Shown here piece by piece: positions 18,010 to 26,584 of a stretch of 64,000 nucleotides of DNA. The number at the start of each line of letters is the position of its first letter. Position 1 is the stretch's first letter. The notes below the pieces were generated by a model that was not told where the DNA came from, ran no database searches, and was given only the letters and a program-made list of their open reading frames with translations. The translations under genes and the position numbers were made by a program. Source of the DNA: a virus. Location of the stretch: positions 3,341 to 67,340 of IMG/VR virus record IMGVR_UViG_3300042301_005010, one strand, 5' to 3'.

Positions 18010-20138
18010 GCCTGGCGGTTTCGCTACAGCACCGGCTTGATGCCCTCAGGCGGAAATGCACCACCGGCTATGGGTGCGGCAGCAGTTGCATCAGCCTGCG
18101 CAAGGAATGCCGCACCAGCCCCCGCAGCGCCATCGGGAAGGAGCGGATGAAGCGGCTCCTGGAGCTCGCCGGCGGCGGGGCCTCCTCCCAGCGGGGCATT
18201 GCCCCGGTGAAGGGGAAGGAAGCCGGTGATCTTGCCGGCAGCATTGCCACCCGCCGGGGGGAAAAGGCGGGCCAACTGAAGGGCGCCCGCCAGCAGGCGG
18301 CGGCTGAGAAGGCCCAGGCAGCAGCAGAGAAGCAAGCGGTTGAGGCTGCAGCAGCCAAGGCAGCCACGCCCCCCTCCAGCACTGGCACCGGCATGGCCCC
18401 AGCCGGCACGCCCCGGGGAGAAGCCGATCGGGCAGCCAAGGAAGCGGACCCCGACTACAAATTCGCCCGGGCATCGGCCGTCGGCAACGCAGGAGAGGAC
18501 ATCGGCGACTCCGCCCGCCACAAGCGCAACGCATTCCGCACCATCGAAGAAGCCGAGGCCAGCGGCCAAGTGGAGAAGGTTCTCACCAGGGACAACCTGA
18601 TGAAAAACTTTCCCACCGACCTGATCAGCGGTGCCAGCGAAAGCAACATCCTGTCCCGCCTGGAGGCTCATTTCAGTCTCAAGGCCTTCCCCAGCCTCTC
18701 ACCCAAGGACGTGGACTCCTACGTCAAAACGCAGGAGCGCTTTCAAGACGGCGAAAGAACATATGCCGGCCGTCAAATACAAGAAGTTGATGCAAAGACC
18801 GTTCGCAAGCAATACTTCGATGCTTTCCAGTCCCTCCGCAAGGTCGTCGACGATGGCAAAGACTCAGAGCCAGGCGAGCTGAGGAAACAAGTACAAAGGA
18901 AACTATCAGACCTGATCTCAGAGATTCGAGGACAGGAAGGCACCGGATATTTCCGCACCTACAGAGACCCTTACAACCCAACCGCCAATGTACTAATCTC
19001 CATGCAAAGGCGCATGTATCAAAAAGGCACTACAAGTGTCCTTGGGCAGATGAATGCGTTTGCTGTTGCCCTGAAGAAAGAAGGGCAGATGGTCGAAGCC
19101 AGGCCAACCATGGAGCGAGCCCTGGATGCTGGCACCAAGATCATGGAGGGCTCCAGCATGGCCGCGGCCTTTGGCCAGCAAGGCAACGGCAAGTGGCGCT
19201 TCAACCCTGCCGACCACTACGTCGGTTATGCACGGCGCGAGGGTGGCCGCAATGTGGGAGGCACCCCTGACGCGGCAACCGACACGATCGTGAAAGGCCT
19301 CGGGTTCCGGGGTCTCCAGTACGGCAACTCAGTCACAGACGACGAGCGAAAGCACCACGTACAGAAGGCGGCTGAGGCCCTGGTGGACCTGGCAGATGCC
19401 ACAGGCCTGCCTGACAGCGCCATCGGTTTGAACGGAACCCTTGGCCTGGCCGTCGGCGCCAGGGGCCGCGGCGGCGCCGTTGCGCACTATGAACCAACCA
19501 TGAAGGTCATTAACCTCACCCGCAAAAAAGGCGTCGGCAGCCTGTCCCACGAATGGGGCCACGCCCTGGACAACTACGCCGCCGGCGGGGGAAGCTTTTT
19601 GTCGCAAAACAGTGGTGCGCCAGAAAAGCGTGCCGCAATGAACGAGGTGAAGAGCGCCTGGACGACAAGCGGCTTCACGCGACAGGTGTATGACTCAATT
19701 CGCGAGGTCAAAAAGGCCGGGGGCCAGCTCAGTGACGATTATTGGCTGAGTGATGTGGAAATGTTTGCCCGGTCGTTCGAGGCCCACGTCTCACTGAAGC
19801 TGGAGAAGGCTGGCAGATCCAACACCTATCTCACCAGAGAGTTTGATGACTCTGGGATGAAGAAGGGCAATGCAGCAGAGCGGCGCCTGGGTGATGGCCT
19901 GTGGCCCACCAGGAAACAGGCCGAGGCGATGGAGCCCATGTTTGATGCCCTGCTGGCCCAGATCAAGAAGGATGACTTTCCAGGAGCCAGCAACCGCCGG
20001 GACAGCCGTGAGCAGCGGATCCAGCGGCTGCTCCAGGAGGCCTACCAGGCCGCTGCCGCCGATCAGCGAGCTCATGCGAGGACGCTCCAGCAAAGGAGCG
20101 ACGCCCTGCGGGCAAGCTGCACCCCCTTGAATGGCTGA
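18006..20138 (+). CDS. Polyvalent-type protein: Cys module plus LPD1 zincin-like domain; probable internal head protein
   Basis: FRGLQYGN, LGLAVGARG.G...AHYEP...INLT, SLSHEWGHALD (HExxH), YW....EMFARSFE. Confidence 0.8.
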   Translation: MSLAVSLQHRLDALRRKCTTGYGCGSSCISLRKECRTSPRSAIGKERMKRLLELAGGGASSQRGIAPVKGKEAGDLAGSIATRRGEKAGQLKGARQQAAAEKAQAAAEKQAVEAAAAKAATPPSSTGTGMAPAGTPRGEADRAAKEADPDYKFARASAVGNAGEDIGDSARHKRNAFRTIEEAEASGQVEKVLTRDNLMKNFPTDLISGASESNILSRLEAHFSLKAFPSLSPKDVDSYVKTQERFQDGERTYAGRQIQEVDAKTVRKQYFDAFQSLRKVVDDGKDSEPGELRKQVQRKLSDLISEIRGQEGTGYFRTYRDPYNPTANVLISMQRRMYQKGTTSVLGQMNAFAVALKKEGQMVEARPTMERALDAGTKIMEGSSMAAAFGQQGNGKWRFNPADHYVGYARREGGRNVGGTPDAATDTIVKGLGFRGLQYGNSVTDDERKHHVQKAAEALVDLADATGLPDSAIGLNGTLGLAVGARGRGGAVAHYEPTMKVINLTRKKGVGSLSHEWGHALDNYAAGGGSFLSQNSGAPEKRAAMNEVKSAWTTSGFTRQVYDSIREVKKAGGQLSDDYWLSDVEMFARSFEAHVSLKLEKAGRSNTYLTREFDDSGMKKGNAAERRLGDGLWPTRKQAEAMEPMFDALLAQIKKDDFPGASNRRDSREQRIQRLLQEAYQAAAADQRAHARTLQQRSDALRASCTPLNG

Positions 20139-21519
20139 CCGCTCAATCGAGCTGATCGAGCAGCTCGACCAGGAGCTGCGGGGCCTGGAGGACCAGCAGC
20201 TGCGCAAGCTCCGGGGGATCTTCGATGAGGCCCTGCGCCGCACCATCCGCAGCCTGATGGACCGCCTGGAGCGGATCGAGGCGCAGCCCGACTACGACCC
20301 GGCCACCACCCCCGGCGCATTCCTGGGCTCCACCCCGGATGGCCAGGTGCCGATCACCCCGTTGCAGAAGAACCAGGCCAGCCTCTACCTGCAGGGCCAG
20401 CTGGCCCAGGACTTGCAGGTGATCATCAACCGCTTCCCGGCCGATCGGGCAGCCAATGCAGCACTGAACCGCGAGCTGGCGGAGCTCTACAACAAGGCCC
20501 AGGACCTGGGGACCGAGTACGCCCTCGAGCTGTCGCGGGACATGCTCCCGCCGGCCGCCGTGCTCAGCAGCCGCCACCCGTCGCTGCAGGATCCCCAGCT
20601 GCCACCGGCGGCACCACCCCCCCCCACCGACGCCCCGGCCCCGGGCAGCCCCTACCAGGAGGGGCAGAGCTTCACCAGGCTCCTGAACCTGGGGGCCGTC
20701 ATCGCCGCCTCTGAGCGGGACTTCAGGACCCTCAGCGCCAACTACCGCCGCCAGCGCAACGCCGCCACCTCCGATCGGGTCTGGGCCTCGAAGGACTACT
20801 TCTTCCGCTGGTGGAGGGACTGGGGTGATGCCGTGCAGTTCGAGACCGCCACCCAGATGGCCACGGGCGTCGACAGCCGCGCCCTGGCCCGCAACCTCAA
20901 GGCTCGCCTCCCCCACATCAACGACGCCTTCAGGAACCGGGCCGAGACCGTGGCCCGCACCGAGACCCACATTGCCGCCGGCGAGGCCAGGGAGCGGACG
21001 TTCCGCCGCGTCGGCGCCGGCTTCGTGCGGTTCGTGGCCACCGCTGACGATCGGGTCTGCGAGTTCTGCGCCCCCCGGATGGGATGCCTCTACTACGCCG
21101 GCAGCGTGAAGACCCCGATCCACCCCCGCTGCAGATGCGCCCTCTCCCCGATCACCCTGGAGTCGTTGGTGATCCAGAACCAGCTGGCGGCCAACCGTGG
21201 CGAGCGCTGGGAGGATCAGCAGCAGGCCCTGGCCGCGGCGACCCGCGAGAAGTTCGAGCAGGCCAACGGCATCAGGCCGTACCGGCCGATCGGCGGCACC
21301 GGCGAGCCCCGAGGGCCTCGGGACTACCCCCTGATGGAGCGCACCGCCCTGCCGGCCACCACCCCCAGGCTCAACACCGAGAACAATCCCGCCAACGGTG
21401 GCGCCCGGCCCTGGCCATCAGGGGATCCGGTCTGGACCCCCTCCAGGGGCTGGATCAATGCCGCCGCTCGCGAGGCCTACGAGGCCATGGTCATCGAGGT
21501 GGCTGAGCTGGAGGTGTGA
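20131..21519 (+). CDS. Minor head protein (Mu gpF/SPP1 gp7 family)
   Basis: RAETVARTE, ATADDRVCEFC, HPRCRC. Confidence 0.9.
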   Translation: MADRSIELIEQLDQELRGLEDQQLRKLRGIFDEALRRTIRSLMDRLERIEAQPDYDPATTPGAFLGSTPDGQVPITPLQKNQASLYLQGQLAQDLQVIINRFPADRAANAALNRELAELYNKAQDLGTEYALELSRDMLPPAAVLSSRHPSLQDPQLPPAAPPPPTDAPAPGSPYQEGQSFTRLLNLGAVIAASERDFRTLSANYRRQRNAATSDRVWASKDYFFRWWRDWGDAVQFETATQMATGVDSRALARNLKARLPHINDAFRNRAETVARTETHIAAGEARERTFRRVGAGFVRFVATADDRVCEFCAPRMGCLYYAGSVKTPIHPRCRCALSPITLESLVIQNQLAANRGERWEDQQQALAAATREKFEQANGIRPYRPIGGTGEPRGPRDYPLMERTALPATTPRLNTENNPANGGARPWPSGDPVWTPSRGWINAAAREAYEAMVIEVAELEV

Positions 21520-21779
21520 TCAGTCCTGATCTCAGGCATCGGGTCGAGGCCGTAGAGCTGGCGGAAGGTAAAGACAAGTCCGTCCGTTGCCTCACGATGA
21601 CTCCACAGCCAGCTTGCAACCGCGGCCGGCAGGTAGTCGGCTGACACGCTGACGCCGGGGAAATCCTTGTGGACCAACCACGCTGAGCCGAGGCCAGTGA
21701 CGTGCTGCCTAAATCCGCGGGCGATCCATTCCCCGCCCGTTGGCGGTTCATTGATCGGTTGGGCTGCATCAGTGACCAT
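21477..21779 (-). CDS. Hypothetical accessory protein
   Basis: ATG preceded by the repeated leader element. Confidence 0.55.
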   Translation of the reverse strand: MVTDAAQPINEPPTGGEWIARGFRQHVTGLGSAWLVHKDFPGVSVSADYLPAAVASWLWSHREATDGLVFTFRQLYGLDPMPEIRTDHTSSSATSMTMAS

Positions 21780-21815
21780 GGGGAGCGTGCAATGGGGGGG
21801 GAAGGGGGCCGGATG
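21777..21815 (-). repeat. Repeated gene-leader element (also 22165-22222 and, on +, 42648-42702)
   Basis: CATCCGGC-C-rich-ATTGCACGCTCCCC-ATG. Confidence 0.8.
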
Positions 21816-21816
21816 T

Positions 21817-22167
21817 TCAGCGATGCGGCGGTTTCTTTATCTCTTTCAGAGATGAGTCGAAGATGTAAGGGCTGTCGATCTTCCCAGCCTCGACGGCGGC
21901 GGCAGCGTATGCCCGGCCAAACTCAGCAAAAGCGTATTCGGCCTGCTTCATTGTCGCCAGGACCTGGTTCATCTGCTTGCCAACCGACCGAACAACTTCG
22001 GCGTAGCGCCGGATGCGTGCAGAGAACAGCTCCTCAGGCTTCGCAGGCCAGAGCTTGTCCCACTGCATCTGGCCCCAGATGGTGCCGCATCTTAAGGGGG
22101 CAGTGTTGACCCAGTGGATGCGACCGATCCGGCCTCCGGTGCTGGTGAAGGAAATGAAGGTGTCCAT
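21817..22167 (-). CDS. Hypothetical accessory protein
   Basis: ATG preceded by the repeated leader element; lower GC. Confidence 0.55.
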   Translation of the reverse strand: MDTFISFTSTGGRIGRIHWVNTAPLRCGTIWGQMQWDKLWPAKPEELFSARIRRYAEVVRSVGKQMNQVLATMKQAEYAFAEFGRAYAAAAVEAGKIDSPYIFDSSLKEIKKPPHR

Positions 22168-22222
22168 GGGGAGCGTGCAATCGGGAAGGGGTGCCGGATG
22201 GGCCCCGGCGGGCCGTGGATGA

Positions 22223-22750
22223 TCAGGCCTCGAGGGCCTTGCGGACCTGGTAGCGGGTGAGCCCCAGTGTGCCTGCAATCTCGCGCTGGCTGAGCCCCTG
22301 AGAGGCGAGGTGCCAGATCGACAGCGGGGCGACGTTGGCTGCCGTGCGGGCCGGCGGCGGGGCTGGGGCCAGCCGCTGAACGACCATCAAGTCGCACCCG
22401 GGCCGGCGCTGAACGATCGTCTGTACCGTTGCCGAGCCTTCTAGGCCTGCGAAGTCGATTCCGACGACCATGGCGGGAGCTGCCGAGGAATCCTCGGTAG
22501 CTGAACCTGTAAGCCCGGCTTTCAAGTTGCCCCCTGGCAGCCCCAGACGTGCCAGGCCGTGAAGCTGGTGCTTCTGGGCCCAGGCCACCAGCTGGTGCCA
22601 GCTCTCGCCGGCCATGAAACCCAGCGTGTAGATCAGGGCCACCACCGCACCGATGCGGCGGGCAGCGGCATGGAGCGTGGGGCCCCAGTCGGAGGAGAGC
22701 CCCCGGGTGATGGTCTTCAGATCGGGAACGGTGATGCAGATCGTGGTCAT
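22223..22750 (-). CDS. Protein with a hydrophobic segment and C-terminal HTH
   Basis: IGAVVALIYTLGFMAG; LASQGLSQREIAGTLGLTRYQVRKAL. Confidence 0.65.
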   Translation of the reverse strand: MTTICITVPDLKTITRGLSSDWGPTLHAAARRIGAVVALIYTLGFMAGESWHQLVAWAQKHQLHGLARLGLPGGNLKAGLTGSATEDSSAAPAMVVGIDFAGLEGSATVQTIVQRRPGCDLMVVQRLAPAPPPARTAANVAPLSIWHLASQGLSQREIAGTLGLTRYQVRKALEA

Positions 22751-22879
22751 CGGTCTTTCCTATGGCGATTCCGGCGGCTGCTCAGAGCCTGCGCGGGGTG
22801 GGTTGTAAGGCGGTTTCAGCAGGGCCACTCAGGGCTCTTCTGCTGACCCAAAAACCGTACCACGTTTTGCTGTGCGATG

Positions 22880-23120
22880 GGCACGGCTCAGGACAGGCAC
22901 GGATTATGCACCAGCCCCCAGACCCCTTGCTATCACTGGCTTGGCACTACGACATCCGCGAGATTGACGAGGATTTGTATCTTGCAGTTCTGGCCTATCG
23001 TCGCAGTCAAAACGCAGCCACTGACAGCGATCTGAGCGGCACGGCAGCACGGCCTTAAGGGACAGGAAGGGACAGCAAGGGACTGGAAAGACGTACGTTA
23101 TGCACGGCCCGTGCATAACT
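22880..23120. promoter_or_regulatory. Putative attP region
   Basis: Gap 5' of the integrase. Three phased 10-bp repeats AAGGGAC(A/T)G(G/C) at 23057-23086. Inverted repeat GTTATGCAC/GTGCATAAC at 23097-23119, with another TTATGCAC at 22904. Confidence 0.6.
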
Positions 23121-23158
23121 GCCAGGTCTGCTCCCCGGACGTTTCGTATTCGCCGCCC

Positions 23159-24163
23159 ATGGCATCGATCACCGCCCAAAAGGGCCGGCTCTACCTGCTG
23201 GCCAACCTGCCGCGACGCGATGGGGCTCCAGGGCTGCGGCAGTCCCGCATCGCCCTGAAGCTGGACGACACGCCGATCAACCGGCGCGCCGCCTTGAAGC
23301 AAAAGCAGACCCTGGAGCGGCAACTGGAGGAGGGCTCCTTCGCCTGGGCCTACTGGCTGGACGAGGCATCAGGGACGATCACGTGGCGCGAGGCCATTGC
23401 CAGGCTCTACCGGGCTCGGGTGGTGCTCGGCCGCACGGGGCAAAGCACGTGGGAGATCAACTATCTGGGGAGGCTGCGGCAGATCCCGCCGACCAGCGCC
23501 TGCACGACCGCCAGCATGGCCAAGGCTCTGGAGCGCTACGACCGCAGCACGTGCAGCTACAAGGAGCTGTTCTACCTTCTGCGGCATCTGGCCAGGTTGG
23601 TGGCGGTGCCGTTCCCGGAGGTGCCGTTGCCCACCTACAACCAGGCCCAGTTGGTGGCGGTGCCCACCGACGAGCAGATCATTGCGTGGGTGGAGGGGGC
23701 GCCCGATCCGGTGCGCTGGTACTGGGGAATGATGGCCACCTACGGCCTGCGGCCCCATGAGATCGAGGGGGCGGTGCTGATCAATCGCGATCTCTGCCAG
23801 GTGGCCGAGGGCACAAAGACGGGTTTCAGAACGGTTGTGCCGCTGCCCCGTGAGTGGGTCGGGCTGTTCGGGTTGCGGGATCGGCGGTTGCGGCCTCGCC
23901 TGGAGGGGAGCACCGATCGTCCGGATGCGGTCAGCAAGTGGTTGCACAAGGAGCTTCGGCGCCAAAGGCTGCCGTGGCGGCCTTACTCACTGCGCCATGC
24001 GTACGGCGGGAGGCTATGGCGAGAGGGCGGCAGCAGGCTTGACATCTACACCGCTGCTCGCCTGATGGGTCACACCCCAGGCCAGCACTCCCGGACCTAC
24101 CGCGCTCACATTCAGCCGCATCAGGTGGCAGAGGCGGCGGAAAGGGCGTTAGGGGGAGGCTGA
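23159..24163 (+). CDS. int: Tyrosine integrase
   Basis: MATYGLRPHE (R), KTG (K), YSLRHAY (xxLRH), LMGH and TY (catalytic Y). Confidence 0.92.
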   Translation: MASITAQKGRLYLLANLPRRDGAPGLRQSRIALKLDDTPINRRAALKQKQTLERQLEEGSFAWAYWLDEASGTITWREAIARLYRARVVLGRTGQSTWEINYLGRLRQIPPTSACTTASMAKALERYDRSTCSYKELFYLLRHLARLVAVPFPEVPLPTYNQAQLVAVPTDEQIIAWVEGAPDPVRWYWGMMATYGLRPHEIEGAVLINRDLCQVAEGTKTGFRTVVPLPREWVGLFGLRDRRLRPRLEGSTDRPDAVSKWLHKELRRQRLPWRPYSLRHAYGGRLWREGGSRLDIYTAARLMGHTPGQHSRTYRAHIQPHQVAEAAERALGGG

Positions 24164-24376
24164 GGGCTGCCCCACTCCCGGCGCCACCGCCGCAACATTC
24201 ACCCGCACGCAGCGCCTGCTGCTGCCCACCGGCGCCAGGTCGATCAGCTCCCGGCCCCAGCGCCAGCGGGACTTGCGGTTGGCGTCGGCTTCGTGGATGA
24301 GCCTTTTGATATGGCGTTCGGAAACCCTCAACGCCTCAGCGGCTTCCGTGACCGTCAGCAGCACGCGAGCGGCCAT
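24149..24376 (-). CDS. Excisionase-like HTH protein
   Basis: LLTVTEAAEALRVSERHIKRLI; convergent with the integrase. Confidence 0.75.
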   Translation of the reverse strand: MAARVLLTVTEAAEALRVSERHIKRLIHEADANRKSRWRWGRELIDLAPVGSSRRCVRVNVAAVAPGVGQPSASP

Positions 24377-24554
24377 CAGTGGCACTCCTCTGCGCGAGGC
24401 GGTAAAGGTGCGTTGTAGTCGAGAAACAGGACACCCCCTGCGTCGCCCTCTTGACTCCAGCAGCGCAGGGCGTAAGCCTCGGTTGGCGTTTCCGGCGTGA
24501 TCGTCAACACGCCTTTCTCGTCAACACGCCTTTCTCGTCAATTTCGGCTTTCAT
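24376..24554 (-). pseudogene. Small ORF frameshifted by a 17-bp tandem duplication (24501-24541)
   Basis: Removing one unit gives MKAEIDEKGVLTITPETPTEAYALRCW...EECH*, with an ATGA overlap to ASCH and a TGATG overlap to xis. Confidence 0.75.
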
Positions 24555-24946
24555 GACTGCACCCCCGGAACATCAAAAAAGCGGAGCTGACCCTTGAAGG
24601 GAATAAACTCCAGCGGCTTTGGACCGCTCAAGACAAACCCATAAGGGCCTTGAAACCATGGTGAATCAGACTGGTAAACGCAATCAGTAAGATTTACGCT
24701 GCCAATGATGCCGCCGCGAGGCAAGTTGCCTGGTTCAAAGGAATCAAGCAAGTGTCCAATCCTGCACAAGCCATTGGTATCGGCATAATCCATCGCATCT
24801 AGGTATTCCCTTTTTGTCATGCCTTTAGCCGCATGGATCAAGATCCGCCCTCGCACTTTTGTCTCCCATGTGCGGTTTTCGATGTTCTTGCCAGCCAGCA
24901 GGATCAAGCTGGCCCATGGCTGGCGGATGGATAGGGCAAGGGTCAT
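24551..24946 (-). CDS. ASCH domain protein
   Basis: ALSIRQPWA....GKNIENRTW....RG.ILIHA, GGIIG.V, KGQL.FF. Confidence 0.92.
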   Translation of the reverse strand: MTLALSIRQPWASLILLAGKNIENRTWETKVRGRILIHAAKGMTKREYLDAMDYADTNGLCRIGHLLDSFEPGNLPRGGIIGSVNLTDCVYQSDSPWFQGPYGFVLSGPKPLEFIPFKGQLRFFDVPGVQS

Positions 24947-25272
24947 GGCTGCCCACCCTCCCCCAGCGTTGCCAGGAAGCCGCGAACCACGGCCTTGCCC
25001 TCTGGCGTGTCCAGATCAGCGGCCCGAGCCTCAGCCAGGGTCGGCGGGAGCGGCGGGGGGCTCCAAAGGCTGTTGGCGATGGCCCGCATTTTGTATTCGA
25101 TTAAAAAGCCTTTGATAGCCGTTGACTGCGACTGGTCCATCGCCTCATGCATAAAGGCGGCGAGATACCGGCGATGCCAGCCAGGTTGGCTTGGATCAAG
25201 ATGGCGATCCGCTTCGTGCAGTGCCCTCTCGGCCTCCGGCGTCAGCGCCGGGAACACTTCGTGCGGGCTCAT
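24943..25272 (-). CDS. Hypothetical protein
   Basis: ATGA overlaps on both sides. Confidence 0.6.
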   Translation of the reverse strand: MSPHEVFPALTPEAERALHEADRHLDPSQPGWHRRYLAAFMHEAMDQSQSTAIKGFLIEYKMRAIANSLWSPPPLPPTLAEARAADLDTPEGKAVVRGFLATLGEGGQP

Positions 25273-25451
25273 GCCGCTAGCCCCTGTACGTGCAGGGCGG
25301 CGCGGATGCCCATGTCGGCGCCGAAGGCCCGGCAGATCGAACCGGCCGCGGCCCAGGCCGCAGTGCCCACGCCGGCATGGGCCGGCGCCGCATGGCAGGC
25401 GCCGAGCGTCAGCAGGGCGGTTGTGATCGCAAAGCGGAAAAACGATGTCAT
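25269..25451 (-). CDS. Small exported/membrane protein
   Basis: Signal-peptide-like MTSFFRFAITTALLTLGACHAAPAHA. Confidence 0.5.
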   Translation of the reverse strand: MTSFFRFAITTALLTLGACHAAPAHAGVGTAAWAAAGSICRAFGADMGIRAALHVQGLAA

Positions 25452-25547
25452 TGATCCGGGTCGGCTCAGTCCGGGGATGATCGGATCATACCCCCACAGT
25501 CGAACTGATGTATTGTTGTTACGCACTCACAACGTAGCGATCTCATC

Positions 25548-25796
25548 ATGCCCACACTCCTTCTCCCCGTTCTGCCAAAGCCCGCCTCTCGGCCCCCTGC
25601 GCGGGTTCTACATCCCCAATTCCGGGCCCGCCGCCCCCAACGATCAGCCCCTGCCCCTTGCTGCAATGCCGGCCTGATTGCCATCTGCCTATCTGGTGTG
25701 GTCCTGGTCGCGGCGCTGGTGGCTTTCTCGATCGTGCGGGACATGGCGGCGCTTAATGGGCCTGCACAGCCCATGGCCGCTCCGCTTCGCCCGTGA
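25548..25796 (+). CDS. Small membrane protein
   Basis: One TM segment, LIAICLSGVVLVAALVAFSIV. Confidence 0.5.
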   Translation: MPTLLLPVLPKPASRPPARVLHPQFRARRPQRSAPAPCCNAGLIAICLSGVVLVAALVAFSIVRDMAALNGPAQPMAAPLRP

Positions 25797-25897
25797 GCTG
25801 CGGCCACAATGGCAAGGCCCTGCATTGGCATTGCCAACCAGGGTCATGCCTACCGTAAGAGCGATCCACAGTCGCCATCCATCCACCGTCGCCATCC

Positions 25898-26191
25898 ATG
25901 AGCCGTAACGAATGCGCCTACGCCGCCCAGCACTTCCTGGCCTTCCTGAAGCAGGTCGGCCCGATCGAAGCGGCATGGGCCATGAACACGGCTCTCAAAA
26001 CGCTCGTGGATCTGCCTCCAGGCAATGACCACGTGGCCGCGGCGGAGAAGGCCCTTGAAGAGGCGCTGACTGAGTTTGATGAGCTGGCCCAGGATGCCAG
26101 CAGCGAGCCAGCAGACGGTGGTGGAGAAGCGCTGCTGGCTGAAGGACTCACACCAGAGCCCACCGCCAAGAAATCCGGCAAGGCCAGCTGA
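25898..26191 (+). CDS. Hypothetical protein
   Basis: Pyrimidine-rich leader; typical codon usage. Confidence 0.55.
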   Translation: MSRNECAYAAQHFLAFLKQVGPIEAAWAMNTALKTLVDLPPGNDHVAAAEKALEEALTEFDELAQDASSEPADGGGEALLAEGLTPEPTAKKSGKAS

Positions 26192-26228
26192 TTGTGAGGC
26201 CTAGCCTGACGCCAGCTGCCCGCCAGCC

Positions 26229-26582
26229 GTGACACAGCCGCAAATCCTCACGCTCAGTGCGGTCTATGAAGGCACGACGTGGGAAGGAATTAACTCGGTA
26301 ACGCTGGAGCAGCCGGTCGGGACCCCGCTGAACCTGACCAATGCGCAGCTGCGCATGGTCTACCGGCGAGTCGGTGAGAACCTGGAGAGGTTGAATCTTG
26401 TTGTTGGCGCTGGGATTCAGCTCACCAATGCGGTCGGTGGCGTCTTTCGAGTTCTCCCGCAAATCCTGCCATTGACGGCAGGAAGTTATTACTGGGAGAT
26501 CATCCTTACGCAAGCCAGCGGAACGATCATCCCGCTTTTTGCTGGCACACAGGAGATCACCAGGCTTGGGAGGGCGTCGTAA
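26229..26582 (+). CDS. Virion structural adaptor (BppU-N/Ig-like)
   Basis: G.TW, PLNLT...RM, G.YYWEI.LT...G pattern seen ahead of fibre genes. Confidence 0.55.
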   Translation: MTQPQILTLSAVYEGTTWEGINSVTLEQPVGTPLNLTNAQLRMVYRRVGENLERLNLVVGAGIQLTNAVGGVFRVLPQILPLTAGSYYWEIILTQASGTIIPLFAGTQEITRLGRAS

Positions 26583-26584
26583 CA

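Noticed and set aside
22940-23020. tRNA/tmRNA fragment as att core
   Set aside because: No T-loop (GTTCRA) or acceptor-end pattern seen; no tRNA genes were recognised anywhere in the window.
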